A stretch of 40,000 nt of DNA, taken from contig CAWIJL010000019.1 in NCBI GenBank assembly GCA_963836405.1, positions 121,379 through 161,378 on the forward strand, written 5' to 3'. Numbering within the stretch: position 1 is the first letter of the stretch; each line of letters opens with the position of its first letter. A program made the translations under genes and the position numbers. Below are positions 22,315 to 32,827 of the stretch, piece after piece. The stretch comes from an uncultured Solibacteraceae bacterium. GTDB taxonomy: Bacteria > Acidobacteriota > Terriglobia > Bryobacterales > Bryobacteraceae. The notes under the pieces are model-generated. The model was not told where the DNA came from, ran no database searches, and saw nothing but the letters and a program-made list of their open reading frames with translations.

Positions 22315-22776
22315 TTATAAATCCGGTCTACTGCCCCGCGGGCGGGGTCGCGGTTTCGGCCGTTTTTCCTGAGACTGTTCGGTCAGAAGACCGATGTTAT
22401 CCACGCCTGCCGCGCGCAGGTTATCTACCACGTCTACCACTCTTTCATACCTGGCACGGGAGTCCGACTTCACGAACACGGTTTTATCGATCCGGTTTGT
22501 GAGCAGGTCCTTCACCTTGGCGGGCATATCGGCGGGCGACAACTGCGTGGTATTCAAATACGTCTTGCCGTCCCGCGTCACGGCGCAGACAATTGCATCG
22601 CTTTTGTCGGCGGCGGCCATCGGGATCGGGTTCTTGGTCTTGGCAAGGTCCACGCTGACGCCTTTTGACAACATCGGCGTGATGACCATAAAGATGATCA
22701 ACATCACGAGCATCACGTCAACCATGGGGGTGACGTTAATGTCGGCCATCGGAGGCGGCGCCTTCATCAGTTTCAT
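22315..22776 (-). CDS. exbD: ExbD/TolR biopolymer transport protein (copy 1)
   Basis: ADINVTPMVDVMLVMLIIFMV. ATG 22776 is preceded by GGAGAAG. The 22809 start is unlikely. Confidence 0.85.
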   Translation of the reverse strand: MKLMKAPPPMADINVTPMVDVMLVMLIIFMVITPMLSKGVSVDLAKTKNPIPMAAADKSDAIVCAVTRDGKTYLNTTQLSPADMPAKVKDLLTNRIDKTVFVKSDSRARYERVVDVVDNLRAAGVDNIGLLTEQSQEKRPKPRPRPRGSRPDL

Positions 22777-22895
22777 GTTTGCTTCTCCTTCGCCACGTGA
22801 ATTTCGCAACCAGCTTCAGGTTTGGGGCCTTTCCTCGGGAAAGGCCCCGTTCAACTCGCCGGTTCCGACTATCCTTGAGGCGGCCTGGGCAGCCG

Positions 22896-23624
22896 CTACT
22901 TGCGTGCGCCGGCGCGCTGGGACCGCTTCAGGAAGTAGTCGATGAGCTCGGAGCTGGAGTTACCCATCTCCACGTCGAACGCTTCGATTTTGTTCGTGAA
23001 GAAGTTGAACATCCAGACCGCCGGGATGGCCACGAAAAGTCCGATAGCCGTGGCAACCAGAGCTTCCGAAATACCGCCCGCGACCGCGCCCAAGCCAGTC
23101 GACTTTTCGGTCGAAATGCCTTTGAACGCGTTGATGATGCCGACGACCGTTCCGAACAGTCCGACGAACGGAGCCGTGGAACCGATGGTCGCCAAGCCGC
23201 TGACGCCGCGCTTCAGTTCGGCGTGCACAATCGCCTCGGCGCGTTCGAGAGCGCGCTTGGAGGCTTCGATTTCTTCACCCGGGATTTCCGAGCTGATCTG
23301 GTGGGCCTGGAATTCCTGCAAACCAGCCACAACCACTTTCGCGAGATGGCTCTTCTTGTAACGGTCGGCGATCTTGACGGCTTCGTCGAGCTTGCCTTCA
23401 CGCAATGCGCCGGCGACCGCCGGAGCAAACGCGCGCGACTGCTTGCGGGCCGCGCTATAGGCCATCAGGCGATCGATCATGACGCCGATGGAGTATGCGG
23501 ACATGATGAACAGTCCGATAACAACCACCTTGGCGAGGAACCCCATCTGGTTCCACATAGTGATCGGATCCCAACCGACTTCCTGCAACATGTACAGGGA
23601 CCAAACGTGCATCTGCAAAAACAT
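22896..23624 (-). CDS. exbB: MotA/TolQ/ExbB proton-channel protein
   Basis: Three TM helices. Conserved C-terminal [25 protein letters not shown]...[27 protein letters not shown]. Confidence 0.9.
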   Translation of the reverse strand: MFLQMHVWSLYMLQEVGWDPITMWNQMGFLAKVVVIGLFIMSAYSIGVMIDRLMAYSAARKQSRAFAPAVAGALREGKLDEAVKIADRYKKSHLAKVVVAGLQEFQAHQISSEIPGEEIEASKRALERAEAIVHAELKRGVSGLATIGSTAPFVGLFGTVVGIINAFKGISTEKSTGLGAVAGGISEALVATAIGLFVAIPAVWMFNFFTNKIEAFDVEMGNSSSELIDYFLKRSQRAGARK

Positions 23625-23691
23625 TGTTCTTTTTCTCCTGCGAGTTGAATTTAAAACTTCTAAACTTCCGATGGCCGGCGAAGACCCTCGG

Positions 23692-24450
23692 TTACTGGCT
23701 CAACGTAAAGTTGACATCGATCTGGGTGGCCACCTCCACCGGTTCTCCGTTGAGGAGAGTCGGCTGGTAGACCCACTGTTTCACTGCATCAATGGCCGCC
23801 GGGACCAGCAGGGGGTGGCCGCTCAAGACATTGAGCTCCATGATGGTTCCGTCCTTGGAAATCACGGCGCTGAGCTTCACGACGCCCTGAATACGGGCCT
23901 GTTTAGCCAGCGGAGGATAAACCGGGCGGGGCTGGCGGACCAGTCTCGCCTGCTGGACGTTACCACCGACCCTGATGCGAGACGGCGGCGGCGGCGCTTT
24001 CTCCTTGGGAGGAGGCGGCGGCGGTGCTGCCGTGGGAACCGCACCCAGAATTCCACCGAGGACGCCGCCCGGAGTGCCGCCGGCAACGCCGCCCGGCACG
24101 CCACCGACAACTCCGGCAACGCCGGAAGTTACAGGCGGCAACTCTTCTTCTTTAATGGTTGCTACTTCTTTCGGAATCGCCTTGGGCGCCACCAGTTTTC
24201 CTGCATCGAACTGACGCGGAATCACCTTCACGACTTTAACGGGAGGCGCTGCCGCGGGCGGCGGGGGCGGGGGAGGCGGCGGCGGGGGGGCCACCAAGAA
24301 ACTGGTCAGCGTGGTTGACGGGAGCACGTCGAAGTAGACCATGGGGATGATGATCGCGATGCCAACCAAAAACATCTGGGCGACCATCGCGCCGACCATG
24401 GTCCAGGTTGTCTTCGTCTTCCCGCTGCCAACAAATGTTTGCTCAAACAT
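23692..24450 (-). CDS. tonB: TonB-family energy transducer with a Pro-rich linker
   Basis: TM anchor, P11 and P7 runs, and a C-terminal TonB domain (..[55 protein letters not shown]..). ATG 24450 is preceded by GGAAAGGA. Confidence 0.85.
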   Translation of the reverse strand: MFEQTFVGSGKTKTTWTMVGAMVAQMFLVGIAIIIPMVYFDVLPSTTLTSFLVAPPPPPPPPPPPAAAPPVKVVKVIPRQFDAGKLVAPKAIPKEVATIKEEELPPVTSGVAGVVGGVPGGVAGGTPGGVLGGILGAVPTAAPPPPPPKEKAPPPPSRIRVGGNVQQARLVRQPRPVYPPLAKQARIQGVVKLSAVISKDGTIMELNVLSGHPLLVPAAIDAVKQWVYQPTLLNGEPVEVATQIDVNFTLSQ

Positions 24451-24511
24451 AGTTGCGTCCTTTCCAAACCCCGGGCTCGGCGGCAACTGGTTTCGCCGCC
24501 CGAGGACTGTC

Positions 24512-25744
24512 CTACTTGACCGCCTTAGTCGGGGCCTTTTTCATTGCTTCCGGCCGAACAGCCGTTGTTACGGCCGCCTGGCGCGGCTTTCGCTTATCCG
24601 CATAGTTGTGCCAGAACAGCACGATCGGACTTGCGACGAACACCGAAGAATACGTACCGACAAGAATGCCGCACACCAGGGCGAAAGCAAATCCGTGCAA
24701 TACCGGACCGCCCCAGATAAAGAGGGCCAACACGGTCAGGAACGTCAGCCCGGAAGTCATTACGGTCCGGCTCAGGGTCTGATTGATGGCCCGGTTCATT
24801 ACATTTTCGAGAGGCTCGCGGCGCGCCATGCGCAGGTTCTCGCGCACGCGATCGAAAATCACGATGGTATCGTTCATGGAGTAGCCGACCAGGGTCAGCA
24901 ACGCCGCGATGACGGTCATCGAAATTTCTTCATTGAATAAGGAGAAGAGGCCGATGGTGATCACGGTGTCGTGGAAGACCGCGATGACGGCGCCCAGACC
25001 GTAGATCCATTCAAAGCGGAATGCGATGTATACCAGCATCCCCGCGAGGGCATACAGTGTGGCCAACACTGCCTTGTTCCTCAGATCCTTACCGACCTTC
25101 GGACCAACCATTTGTACCTGCAACACGTGGAAGGGCGCCAGATACGTCTCCTGCCGAAGAGTGTTCATGATACCAGCATTCATGCCGGATACGGAGGAGA
25201 GTTGATTGAAATCCGTAACCAGCCCGGAGAGCTGGGTATCACGGTACTCGAGGATGTTTTTGGCCAGATCCTGGACCTGCTGTTCGCTCATGGCCACACC
25301 CGAACCTGCCAGGGGCCCGCGCAACCGCTCGACCAGCGCCGCCGTGCCCGTGTTATTCAGGTCGAGTTTACCGCTTCCGGGCTGCCCGAAGCTGGCGGTC
25401 AGAACATCCTGCATGGCCTGCCGGTTGACATTGAGCTGCTTTTCGTCCAGCAGCTCGGTCCCGATCTCAACCTCGTTTTCGGTTCCCGAGCCGGTGAAGT
25501 TTTGAACCGACACCTCGCCCTTGATCTTCGACGAGTCGCGCATGGCGGAGCGGATCTTTTCAACCGGCGGCTTGGACGCAAACTTGACCGTCATCAGGGC
25601 GCCACCCTTGAAATCGATGCCATATTTCACGCCGCCTTTGGCCGCGATGCTGGCCAACCCGGCGGTCACCAACACCAGCGAGGTAATGATGAACGGCCAC
25701 TTCTTGCCCAGAAAGTCGTAATTCGTGTTTTTGAAGATTTCCAT
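24512..25744 (-). CDS. secF: Protein translocase subunit SecF
   Basis: GIDFKGG motif followed by the C-terminal 6-TM SecD/F domain. Confidence 0.9.
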   Translation of the reverse strand: MEIFKNTNYDFLGKKWPFIITSLVLVTAGLASIAAKGGVKYGIDFKGGALMTVKFASKPPVEKIRSAMRDSSKIKGEVSVQNFTGSGTENEVEIGTELLDEKQLNVNRQAMQDVLTASFGQPGSGKLDLNNTGTAALVERLRGPLAGSGVAMSEQQVQDLAKNILEYRDTQLSGLVTDFNQLSSVSGMNAGIMNTLRQETYLAPFHVLQVQMVGPKVGKDLRNKAVLATLYALAGMLVYIAFRFEWIYGLGAVIAVFHDTVITIGLFSLFNEEISMTVIAALLTLVGYSMNDTIVIFDRVRENLRMARREPLENVMNRAINQTLSRTVMTSGLTFLTVLALFIWGGPVLHGFAFALVCGILVGTYSSVFVASPIVLFWHNYADKRKPRQAAVTTAVRPEAMKKAPTKAVK

Positions 25745-25839
25745 CGAAACGTGCCGTGCTGGTGTTCGTAACTTTGGACACCAGCCCTCCTCAAATTGTT
25801 CCCGCCTGTGCGGAAAGGTTTAACAGGCTTAACAGAAGC

Positions 25840-27459
25840 CTAGATGCTCAACGGTTCGGTCTGCCGGCGACCCGACAGCTCGAAGTCGAAAATCGTCCTG
25901 GAAACAAAAACCGCCGTGAAAATGTTGGCGATCAAGCCGATAACCAGCGTCACCGCGAACCCCTTCACCGGACCTTCGCCAAACAGGAACAGAAACGCGC
26001 AGGACACCACCGTGGTGACGTGGGTGTCGACAATCGTCCACCAGGCCTTGTTGAAACCGGTATCGACGGCGGTGATCACGCCTTTTCCGGTCTTCAACTC
26101 TTCGCGGATCCTCTCGAAAATCAGGACATTCGAGTCTACCGCCATACCGATGGTCAGGATTACCCCGGCAATTCCGGGCAGGGTGAGGACGGCGTGGAAG
26201 TAGGAGATGGCGGCCAGCAGGATGACGGTATTGAGGAACAGGGCCAGAACGGCGTTCACGCCGGCCCGCTTATAGTAGAGCAGCATGACGACGACTACGG
26301 CCAAAAGTCCGGCGAGTCCGGCGATGAAGCCCTGCCGGATCGAGTCCGCGCCGAGCGAGGGACCGATGGTCCGCTCCTCGCCGTACTGGACGGAGGCAGG
26401 CAGGGAACCCGAGCGGAGGAAGCGCGCCAGGTCGACGGCCTCCTGCTCGCTGCCGAGATTGGTGATGCGGCCGGAATCTTCGATGCGGCTCTGGATGGTG
26501 GCCACGCTGACGAGGCGGTTATCGAGCGAAACCGCCAGGCGGTTACCGATATTAGCTTCGGTGAAGCGGCCGAAACGCTTGCCGGCGTCCGGGGACAGGG
26601 TGAAATTCGTCTCCCATTTGCGGAACTCGTCCTGGGAGGCGCGGGCATTGCGCATCTCCTGGCCGGAAACCACGGGGACCTTGCTGACCAGGTACCACTC
26701 TTCGCCTTCCGAACCGCCGCGGGGAACGGCGCGCACTTCCTTGGTACCGAGCGGACGCACGCCGCCGTGCTGCGCGAGGAGGGCATCCCGGCTGGGGTAA
26801 GGACCATCCTTGACGTCGGTCAGTTCCAGCACCGCCGCGGTACCGATCAGTTCTTTGACGCGGGCCGGATCGTCCACGCCCGGGAGCTGCACCAGAATCT
26901 GGTAATCGGACCCGGAACCGCCGTACTGCTGGACGGACTTCTCGGCGAGGCCGAGCTGGTCGATGCGGTTGCCGATGGTGTCGATGGTGCGCTGCACCGT
27001 GTCGCGCTTGACGGCGATCAGGTCGGTGGGCTTCAGGCGCATGGTGTAGTCGGTGGAGTTGACGGCGGTCAGCACATAGGTGGGGAAGCGCTCGTTCACG
27101 AGGCTGCGGAAGGCGCTGGACTGGGTGGCGGGAACCCCTTTCACGGTGATTTCCACCTTGTCGGCGTCCTCGACGGTCTCGGGCTCGTTCCGGTCCATGC
27201 TGGTCCAGGTGATGTTCTGCTTCTTCAGGTCTTCCTTCATGCGGTCCATGGTCTGGTCCGCATCCGCCTTGACGGCGTCCTGCACCTGAACGGTCATCAC
27301 CAGATGGCTGCCGCCCTTCAGGTCGAGACCCAGGCGGATGTTGTTCGAGAAGTTCTTCGCGAGATCCGCCTTCGACTTGGGGAACCCGATAATGCCAAAA
27401 ACGCAAAGCAGTATCGTGACAATGATGACCGCGCTTCGGGCCTTGATATTCGTCTTCAT
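25840..27459 (-). CDS. secD: Protein translocase subunit SecD
   Basis: GLDLKGG motif, a large periplasmic P1 domain and the SecD/F TM bundle. Confidence 0.9.
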   Translation of the reverse strand: MKTNIKARSAVIIVTILLCVFGIIGFPKSKADLAKNFSNNIRLGLDLKGGSHLVMTVQVQDAVKADADQTMDRMKEDLKKQNITWTSMDRNEPETVEDADKVEITVKGVPATQSSAFRSLVNERFPTYVLTAVNSTDYTMRLKPTDLIAVKRDTVQRTIDTIGNRIDQLGLAEKSVQQYGGSGSDYQILVQLPGVDDPARVKELIGTAAVLELTDVKDGPYPSRDALLAQHGGVRPLGTKEVRAVPRGGSEGEEWYLVSKVPVVSGQEMRNARASQDEFRKWETNFTLSPDAGKRFGRFTEANIGNRLAVSLDNRLVSVATIQSRIEDSGRITNLGSEQEAVDLARFLRSGSLPASVQYGEERTIGPSLGADSIRQGFIAGLAGLLAVVVVMLLYYKRAGVNAVLALFLNTVILLAAISYFHAVLTLPGIAGVILTIGMAVDSNVLIFERIREELKTGKGVITAVDTGFNKAWWTIVDTHVTTVVSCAFLFLFGEGPVKGFAVTLVIGLIANIFTAVFVSRTIFDFELSGRRQTEPLSI

Positions 27460-27487
27460 GGGAGTTTAAGAGCTACTTCTGTTCAAA

Positions 27488-27820
27488 TTACTTCTTTACT
27501 TCGGTCGAGGCCAGGCTGGACACGGCGCTACGCGCCACCTGCATCTTTATATTGTCCGGTTTCACGCGCAAGACCAGGGTGTCGTCGGCCTCGATGGCCA
27601 CGATGGTCCCGATAATTCCTCCGCTGGTCACCACCACATTGCCGTTCTGCAAGCCGGCCAGCATCTTCTGCTGCTGCTTGCGCTGGCGCTGCATGGGCAT
27701 GAAAAGCAGGAAATAGAAGATCCCAAAGATGAGCACGATGGGAAGGAATCCCAGCCAGGAACTGGACGGCGATTGCAGCAAGTACAGGTTGAGAATCACG
27801 TTTTGGCCAATGGGGGTCAC
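27488..27820 (-). CDS. yajC: Preprotein translocase subunit YajC
   Basis: Single TM helix followed by [14 protein letters not shown] and [19 protein letters not shown] motifs. GTG 27820 is preceded by GGAGG and overlaps the tgt stop (GTGA). Confidence 0.8.
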   Translation of the reverse strand: MTPIGQNVILNLYLLQSPSSSWLGFLPIVLIFGIFYFLLFMPMQRQRKQQQKMLAGLQNGNVVVTSGGIIGTIVAIEADDTLVLRVKPDNIKMQVARSAVSSLASTEVKK

Positions 27821-28957
27821 TCGGCCTCCAACGGGGCAGAGCGCACACACTTCAAGTATTCCGGGAATGAATCCGATATTATAGCGTGCCTAATCTCACG
27901 CATGATGTCAAGGTACCGCCGGATGTTGTGTCGTGTCGCCAGCACCGCGTACAAAATCTCCCCGGACTGGAACAGGTGACGAAGGTATGCTCGGGAGTAC
28001 TTGCTGCAGGTATAACACTGGCAGGCCGGGTCGACGGGGCGGGGGTCGTCGCGGTAGCGGGCGTGCTTGATGATGAGGCGGCCCTGGGAGGTGAACAGGT
28101 AGCCGTTGCGGGCGTTGCGGGTGGGCAGGACGCAATCCATCATGTCGATGCCGCGCGCCACGTACTCGGGGAGTTCGTGGGGCATTCCGACTCCCATGGC
28201 GTAGCGGGGCCGGTCAGCGCGGCAGCAGATCGGCGGAAACTTCGGCCATTTCGAGGCTCAAAGGGCGCGGTTCGCCGACCGAGAGGCCGCCGATCGGCAT
28301 AGCCGTCGGCATCGAGATCGACCAGGGCCGGGCGCATTCGCGGCGCAGGTCGGCGAACATGGAGCCCTGCACGATGGGGAACAGCGCGTGCCGGGTTTCC
28401 ATGGCGGCCAGCCGTTGGCGGTGGTGGGCGGCCGCCTGGCGAGCCCAGCGGACGGTCCGCTGCATGCTGGCGCGGGCGTACTCATGGCTCACCGGGTACT
28501 CGGGGCACTCGTCGAGCGCCATCAGGATGTCGCTGCCGTAGGCAAGCTGGGCGTCCACGGTGGATTCGGGGGTAAAGGTGTGGAGGTCGCCATCGAGGTG
28601 GGAGTGAAAGACCACGCCCTGGTCGGTGATTTTGCGCAGGCCGCTGAGGCTGAACACCTGGAAGCCGCCCGAATCGGTGAGGATGGCGTTCGGCCAGGAC
28701 ATGAAGCGGTGGAGGCCGCCCAGTTTGCGAATCAGCTCGTGGCCGGGGCGCAGGAAGAGGTGGTAGGTGTTGGCCAGGAGAATGCGGACGCCGAGCTCCT
28801 CGTCGAGGTCGCGCTGGGTGAGGCCCTTGACGGTGGCCTGGGTGCCGACGGGCATGAAGACGGGCGTTTCGATGGTTCCGTGGGGGGTGTGCAGCAGTCC
28901 GGCACGGGCGCGGGTCTGGCGGCACTCGGCCACCACTTCGAAAGAGATCTGCGGCAA
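27817..28957 (-). pseudogene. tgt: tRNA-guanine transglycosylase (queuine tRNA-ribosyltransferase), interrupted by three frameshifts as sequenced
   Basis: ORF 28214..29095 carries ..TPVFMPVGTQATVKG..TDSGGFQVFS..LFPIVQGSMFADLRRECA. ORF 28140..28337, in a second frame, carries the expected ALVDLDADGYA. The first frame resumes with IGGLSVGEP and hits TGA after SADLLPR. ORF 27817..28197, in the third frame, carries (RY)[33 protein letters not shown]. Total length 1141 nt is not a multiple of 3. The likely start is TTG 28957 (MPQISFEVV..). Confidence 0.85.
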
Positions 28958-29079
28958 GCTTCGATTGTAATGACATTTCAGCGGGACGCGGCGGCGGGCG
29001 GGGCAAACGTCGGCGGGCGGGATGCGTCCAATCCTCATCGCGCGCGCGGGGCTTCCGGCGCGGGGCGGTAGACTGGACG

Positions 29080-30156
29080 ATGATGGAAAGCACACGACGG
29101 ACGTTCGTAACCTCCCTGGCGGGGGCTGGAGTGCTGGCGGCCGCGCCGCAGGCGAAGAAAAAGATCCTGATTCTGGGCGGCACCGGCTACCTGGGACCGG
29201 CCACCGTGGAAGCGGCCCGGGCGCGGGGCCACGAGATCACCCTTTTCAATCGCGGCAAGACACGGCCGGACCTTTTCAAGGACCTGGAGATCCTGCACGG
29301 CGACCGCGACCCGCTTAAGGACGAGGGCCTGAAGGCGCTCGAAGGCCGCAAGTGGGACACGGCGATCGACAACTCGGGCTACTTCCCGCGCCTGGTGAAC
29401 GCGTCCGCCCGGCTGCTTGCTCCCAATGTCCGGCAGTACATCTTCATTTCCTCGATTTCGGCTTACGCGGACAACGTCACCGAGAACCAGGACGAGACCG
29501 GGCGGCTGGCGACGACGAAAGAGCCGGAGGTGGAGAAGATCACCGATGGGAGTTACGGTCCGTTGAAGGCGCTTTGCGAGAAGGCGTCGCAGGAAGCGTT
29601 CCCGGAACGGGCGGCGGTGGTGCGGCCGGGGTACATTGTGGGGCCGGACGATCCCAGCGGGCGGTTCACGTACTGGCCGGTGCGGGTGGACCGGGGTGGG
29701 GAGGTGCTGGCGCCGGGCGCGCCTGCCGACCCGCTTCAGATCATCGACGTGCGCGACCTGGGCGCCTGGCTGATAACGCTGGCGGAGCAGCAGACCAGCG
29801 GGGTATTCAATGCCTGCGGCCCGAAGGACCGGCTGGCGTGGGGCGATGTGCTGCAAGCCTGCCGCAAGGCCACCAAGACGGAAAGCAAGCTGACCTGGGT
29901 GCCCGCCGAATGGTTGGCGAAACACGACGGAGAAGTATTCCCCATTTGGGCGCCGTACCGCACGGAAACGCGGGGATTCCATACCTGGAAGAACGACCGG
30001 GCGGTCAAGGCGGGACTCAAGTTCCGTCCGGTGCAGCAGACCGTTTCCGACACCCTGGCGTGGTACAAATCGCAGAGCGAGCGCACGAAGCTGGCGGGTC
30101 CGGCGGCGGAAAAAGAGGCGGAACTGCTGGCGCAGTGGAAGAACGGCACGAAATAA
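29080..30156 (+). CDS. NAD(P)-dependent epimerase/dehydratase-family (SDR) oxidoreductase with a Tat-type signal
   Basis: MMESTRRTFVTSLAGAGVLAAAPQA (twin-Arg motif) followed by the Rossmann motif ILILGGTGYLG. Confidence 0.8.
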   Translation: MMESTRRTFVTSLAGAGVLAAAPQAKKKILILGGTGYLGPATVEAARARGHEITLFNRGKTRPDLFKDLEILHGDRDPLKDEGLKALEGRKWDTAIDNSGYFPRLVNASARLLAPNVRQYIFISSISAYADNVTENQDETGRLATTKEPEVEKITDGSYGPLKALCEKASQEAFPERAAVVRPGYIVGPDDPSGRFTYWPVRVDRGGEVLAPGAPADPLQIIDVRDLGAWLITLAEQQTSGVFNACGPKDRLAWGDVLQACRKATKTESKLTWVPAEWLAKHDGEVFPIWAPYRTETRGFHTWKNDRAVKAGLKFRPVQQTVSDTLAWYKSQSERTKLAGPAAEKEAELLAQWKNGTK

Positions 30157-30167
30157 GCGTCTAAAGT

Positions 30168-32696
30168 TTACTGCAGGATCTCGACATAACCGGCGGTTCC
30201 GTGCACGCGGATGCGCTGTCCGTCGCGGATCAGGCGGGTGGCATGCTCCACGCCGACAACGGCCGGCAAGCCGTACTCCCGGGCGATCACGGCACCATGG
30301 GTCATCAGGCCGCCCACCTCCGTCACCAGGCCTTCGATCGCGACAAACAGGGGCGTCCAACTGGGATCGGTGTAGGCGGTGACCAGGATGTCGCCGGGTT
30401 CGAGATCGGCCTCGGTCATGTCCGCGATGACGCGGGCGCGCCCCTCGACGGTGCCGGCGGAGACGGGTAGACCGATCAAAGCGCCGGGAGGCAAACCGTC
30501 GCGCCGGTACGTCCCGGCGACGACCTCACCTTCGGAGGTGAGCACGCGCGGCGTCGTGAGCGCTTGGTGCGACCGGAACGCGTCCTTGCGGCGGCGGAGG
30601 AGCTGCTCGTCGACCCGGTTGGTGCGCACCACCTCCTGAAACTCCTGGAACGTGAGATAGAAGATGTCTTCCCGGTCGCGAAGCACGCGGGCTCGCACGA
30701 GGCGGCAGGCTTCTGCGAGGAAGGCCCGCTTATAGACGAAGTAGCGGCTGACCATGCCGTACTTCGGATACTCCCGGTAGCCGATGAAGGTCCGGACGAG
30801 GTCGATCATGCGCTTGACCTCTTCGGCCTTGCGCTCCCCGTCCGGCAAGGACCGCAGGCGCTGGAGCAGGTCCCGTTCTTTGTTCGAGGCCTCGAGCCGT
30901 CCTTGCTCGAAGCGCCGCTTGCCCGCGCCCGGCTCGAAGTTCGCGACGTTGCCCAGGATGAGCGGCAAAAGCGTGGCGGGGCGTTCGCTCCAACGCGGCC
31001 GGGTGATATCGATCTCGCCGGCGCAGCGCATGCCGTACTTGTCGAGCCAGGCCAGGATGGCATCTCGCGTTTCGCGCCCGCCGGCAAGCTTGGGCAGATG
31101 GTCGAGGAAGCCCTCGTCCTGGACGTGCCGCAGAAAAGCGACCACTTCGGGATGGGGGCGGATGGCGTCGGCGACATCCAGGAGTGCCAGCCCCATTTCC
31201 GAGGTGACGTTATGGGGGACGGACTGCGTGAGGGTGTCGGCCGCGTTCTTCTCGCCCAGCCACGACTCTAAGCGCTCGTTGAGCCACCAGGTGGCCTCGA
31301 TGGCGGCCATGAATACGCGATGGCTTTGCGGGTCGAACAGGATGCGCCTCAGTTCCTGGATATCGGCCAGGATGAAATCGAGCAGCGCCGATCCGGATTT
31401 GGTACGGATTTCGCGCTCCGCAGCGGCGATGGAGGCCTGGCAGCGGCCGATCAAATCGGTGACGATAGCCGGATCGGGCTTGATCGGGGCAGGCGCGGCG
31501 GCCGCCGGACGTCCGCCGGGCGCATCGCCGGCAAGCGGCCGGATGAAGTCGCCGCGTTCGAGGATGTTCTGCAGGGCGTCACGGATCAGGGGATCGTGTT
31601 TCCCCATCATCTCCAGGAGTCCGGCGCGGCTGGCGGGGGACGACAGCGCCCGGGTCAAGTCGACGAACAGCCTCCCGCCGGCGTCGTACATTGGCCCACT
31701 CGCCGTCAGTTGCCAAAGGGAAATCCCCAGGGGCTTGATGGCGTCGGTCATCATCTGCTGATGGCCGACGGAGATGTAGACGTGGTTCTCGTGGTCCGCG
31801 GCCGCGGGGATGGGGAACAGCGTCGTGACCGGCCGGCTCTGCACGAATTCAAAGCCATCGTCGAGGAGGCACCATTCGATGTCCTGGGGACAGCCGAAGT
31901 GCGCTTCGATCCGCCGGCCCAGGTGGACGAGCCGCACGACCTGCGCATCGGTCAGCGCCGGCTCGATTGCCGCGGCGACCTTGCTGGCGAGGATCCGGCC
32001 GTCCCGCACCTTGTAGACGTCCCCGTTGACCAAGCCGGAGACGAGGGCTTCGCCGAGGCCGAAGCCGGCTTCGACGGAGGCGATTTTGCGGTTGCCGGTG
32101 ACGGGGTCGGCTGTGAAAAGAATGCCGGCGGCGTGGGGGAAGACCATCCGCTGCACGACCACCGCCATCCGGACCTTGCGGTGATCGAAGCCGTTCCGCA
32201 GGCGGTAGGTCACGGCCCGCGCGGTGAAGAGCGAAGCCCAGCAGCGGCTGACGTGCCGGAGGATCGCGGCCGGCCCAACGACGTTCAGGTAGGTGTCGTG
32301 CTGGCCGGCGAAGGAGGTCGAGGGCGAGTCCTCCGCGGTGGCACTGGATCGGACGGCGTAGGCGGCTTGGGGGCCGAGCCGGGCGAGCGGGCGGGCGATT
32401 GCGGCGGCCAGGTCGCCGGGGATGGCGACGGCTTCGAGGGTCTGGCGGATCTCCGCGGTGAGCGCGCCGATCGCCTCGCGGTCTTCCGGCTGGAGACGCG
32501 ACAGCTCATGGAGGCGGTCGTCAAGCGACGGCGCTTCCGACAGGATCCGCTGGAAGGCGTCGGTCGTCACGCAGAAGCCGGCCGGCACGCGGAGGCCTTC
32601 GATGCGCGAAAGCTCCCCCAGGTTCGCGCCCTTGCCGCCGGCCACGGCGACCTGCGTCCGGTCGATCTCGTGGAAATCCAACACGTAGCTGCCCAT
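30168..32696 (-). CDS. PEP-utilising enzyme of the rifampicin-phosphotransferase-like architecture (often annotated as phosphoenolpyruvate synthase)
   Basis: 842 aa. N-terminal PPDK_N/ATP-grasp (VAVAGGKGANLGELSRIEGLRVPAGFCVTT), a long central domain, and a swivel phosphohistidine domain at the extreme C-terminus (GGLMTHGAVIAREYGLPAVVGV). Confidence 0.8.
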   Translation of the reverse strand: MGSYVLDFHEIDRTQVAVAGGKGANLGELSRIEGLRVPAGFCVTTDAFQRILSEAPSLDDRLHELSRLQPEDREAIGALTAEIRQTLEAVAIPGDLAAAIARPLARLGPQAAYAVRSSATAEDSPSTSFAGQHDTYLNVVGPAAILRHVSRCWASLFTARAVTYRLRNGFDHRKVRMAVVVQRMVFPHAAGILFTADPVTGNRKIASVEAGFGLGEALVSGLVNGDVYKVRDGRILASKVAAAIEPALTDAQVVRLVHLGRRIEAHFGCPQDIEWCLLDDGFEFVQSRPVTTLFPIPAAADHENHVYISVGHQQMMTDAIKPLGISLWQLTASGPMYDAGGRLFVDLTRALSSPASRAGLLEMMGKHDPLIRDALQNILERGDFIRPLAGDAPGGRPAAAAPAPIKPDPAIVTDLIGRCQASIAAAEREIRTKSGSALLDFILADIQELRRILFDPQSHRVFMAAIEATWWLNERLESWLGEKNAADTLTQSVPHNVTSEMGLALLDVADAIRPHPEVVAFLRHVQDEGFLDHLPKLAGGRETRDAILAWLDKYGMRCAGEIDITRPRWSERPATLLPLILGNVANFEPGAGKRRFEQGRLEASNKERDLLQRLRSLPDGERKAEEVKRMIDLVRTFIGYREYPKYGMVSRYFVYKRAFLAEACRLVRARVLRDREDIFYLTFQEFQEVVRTNRVDEQLLRRRKDAFRSHQALTTPRVLTSEGEVVAGTYRRDGLPPGALIGLPVSAGTVEGRARVIADMTEADLEPGDILVTAYTDPSWTPLFVAIEGLVTEVGGLMTHGAVIAREYGLPAVVGVEHATRLIRDGQRIRVHGTAGYVEILQ

Positions 32697-32827
32697 CGCT
32701 CCCTCCCTGGTGCGGACGACAACCGCAGGTTTTGGCTATAGGCTGACGATTATGCGGCACGGCCCGGGTATTGCCGCAAGCCCGGGGGCGCACGATAAAA
32801 TGGAAGCAGGCGGGTGGAAGGCGAGCT

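Noticed and set aside
23990-24300. Short GC-rich repeats (ccgccgcc / ggcggcgg runs) as a possible CRISPR or tandem-repeat array.
   Set aside because: They are the poly-Pro and Gly/Pro linker codons of tonB, read on the opposite strand. There is no repeat-spacer periodicity. No CRISPR-like array was seen anywhere in the window.
28958-29095. An N-terminal extension of tgt, using ORF start 29095 or ATG 29038, which would overlap the divergent SDR gene start.
   Set aside because: Conserved Tgt proteins start just before the (F/I)xFxL/V...ARxG motif. TTG 28957 gives MPQISFEVVAECRQTRARAG. The extension is Ser/Pro/Arg-rich and would remove the divergent promoter region.
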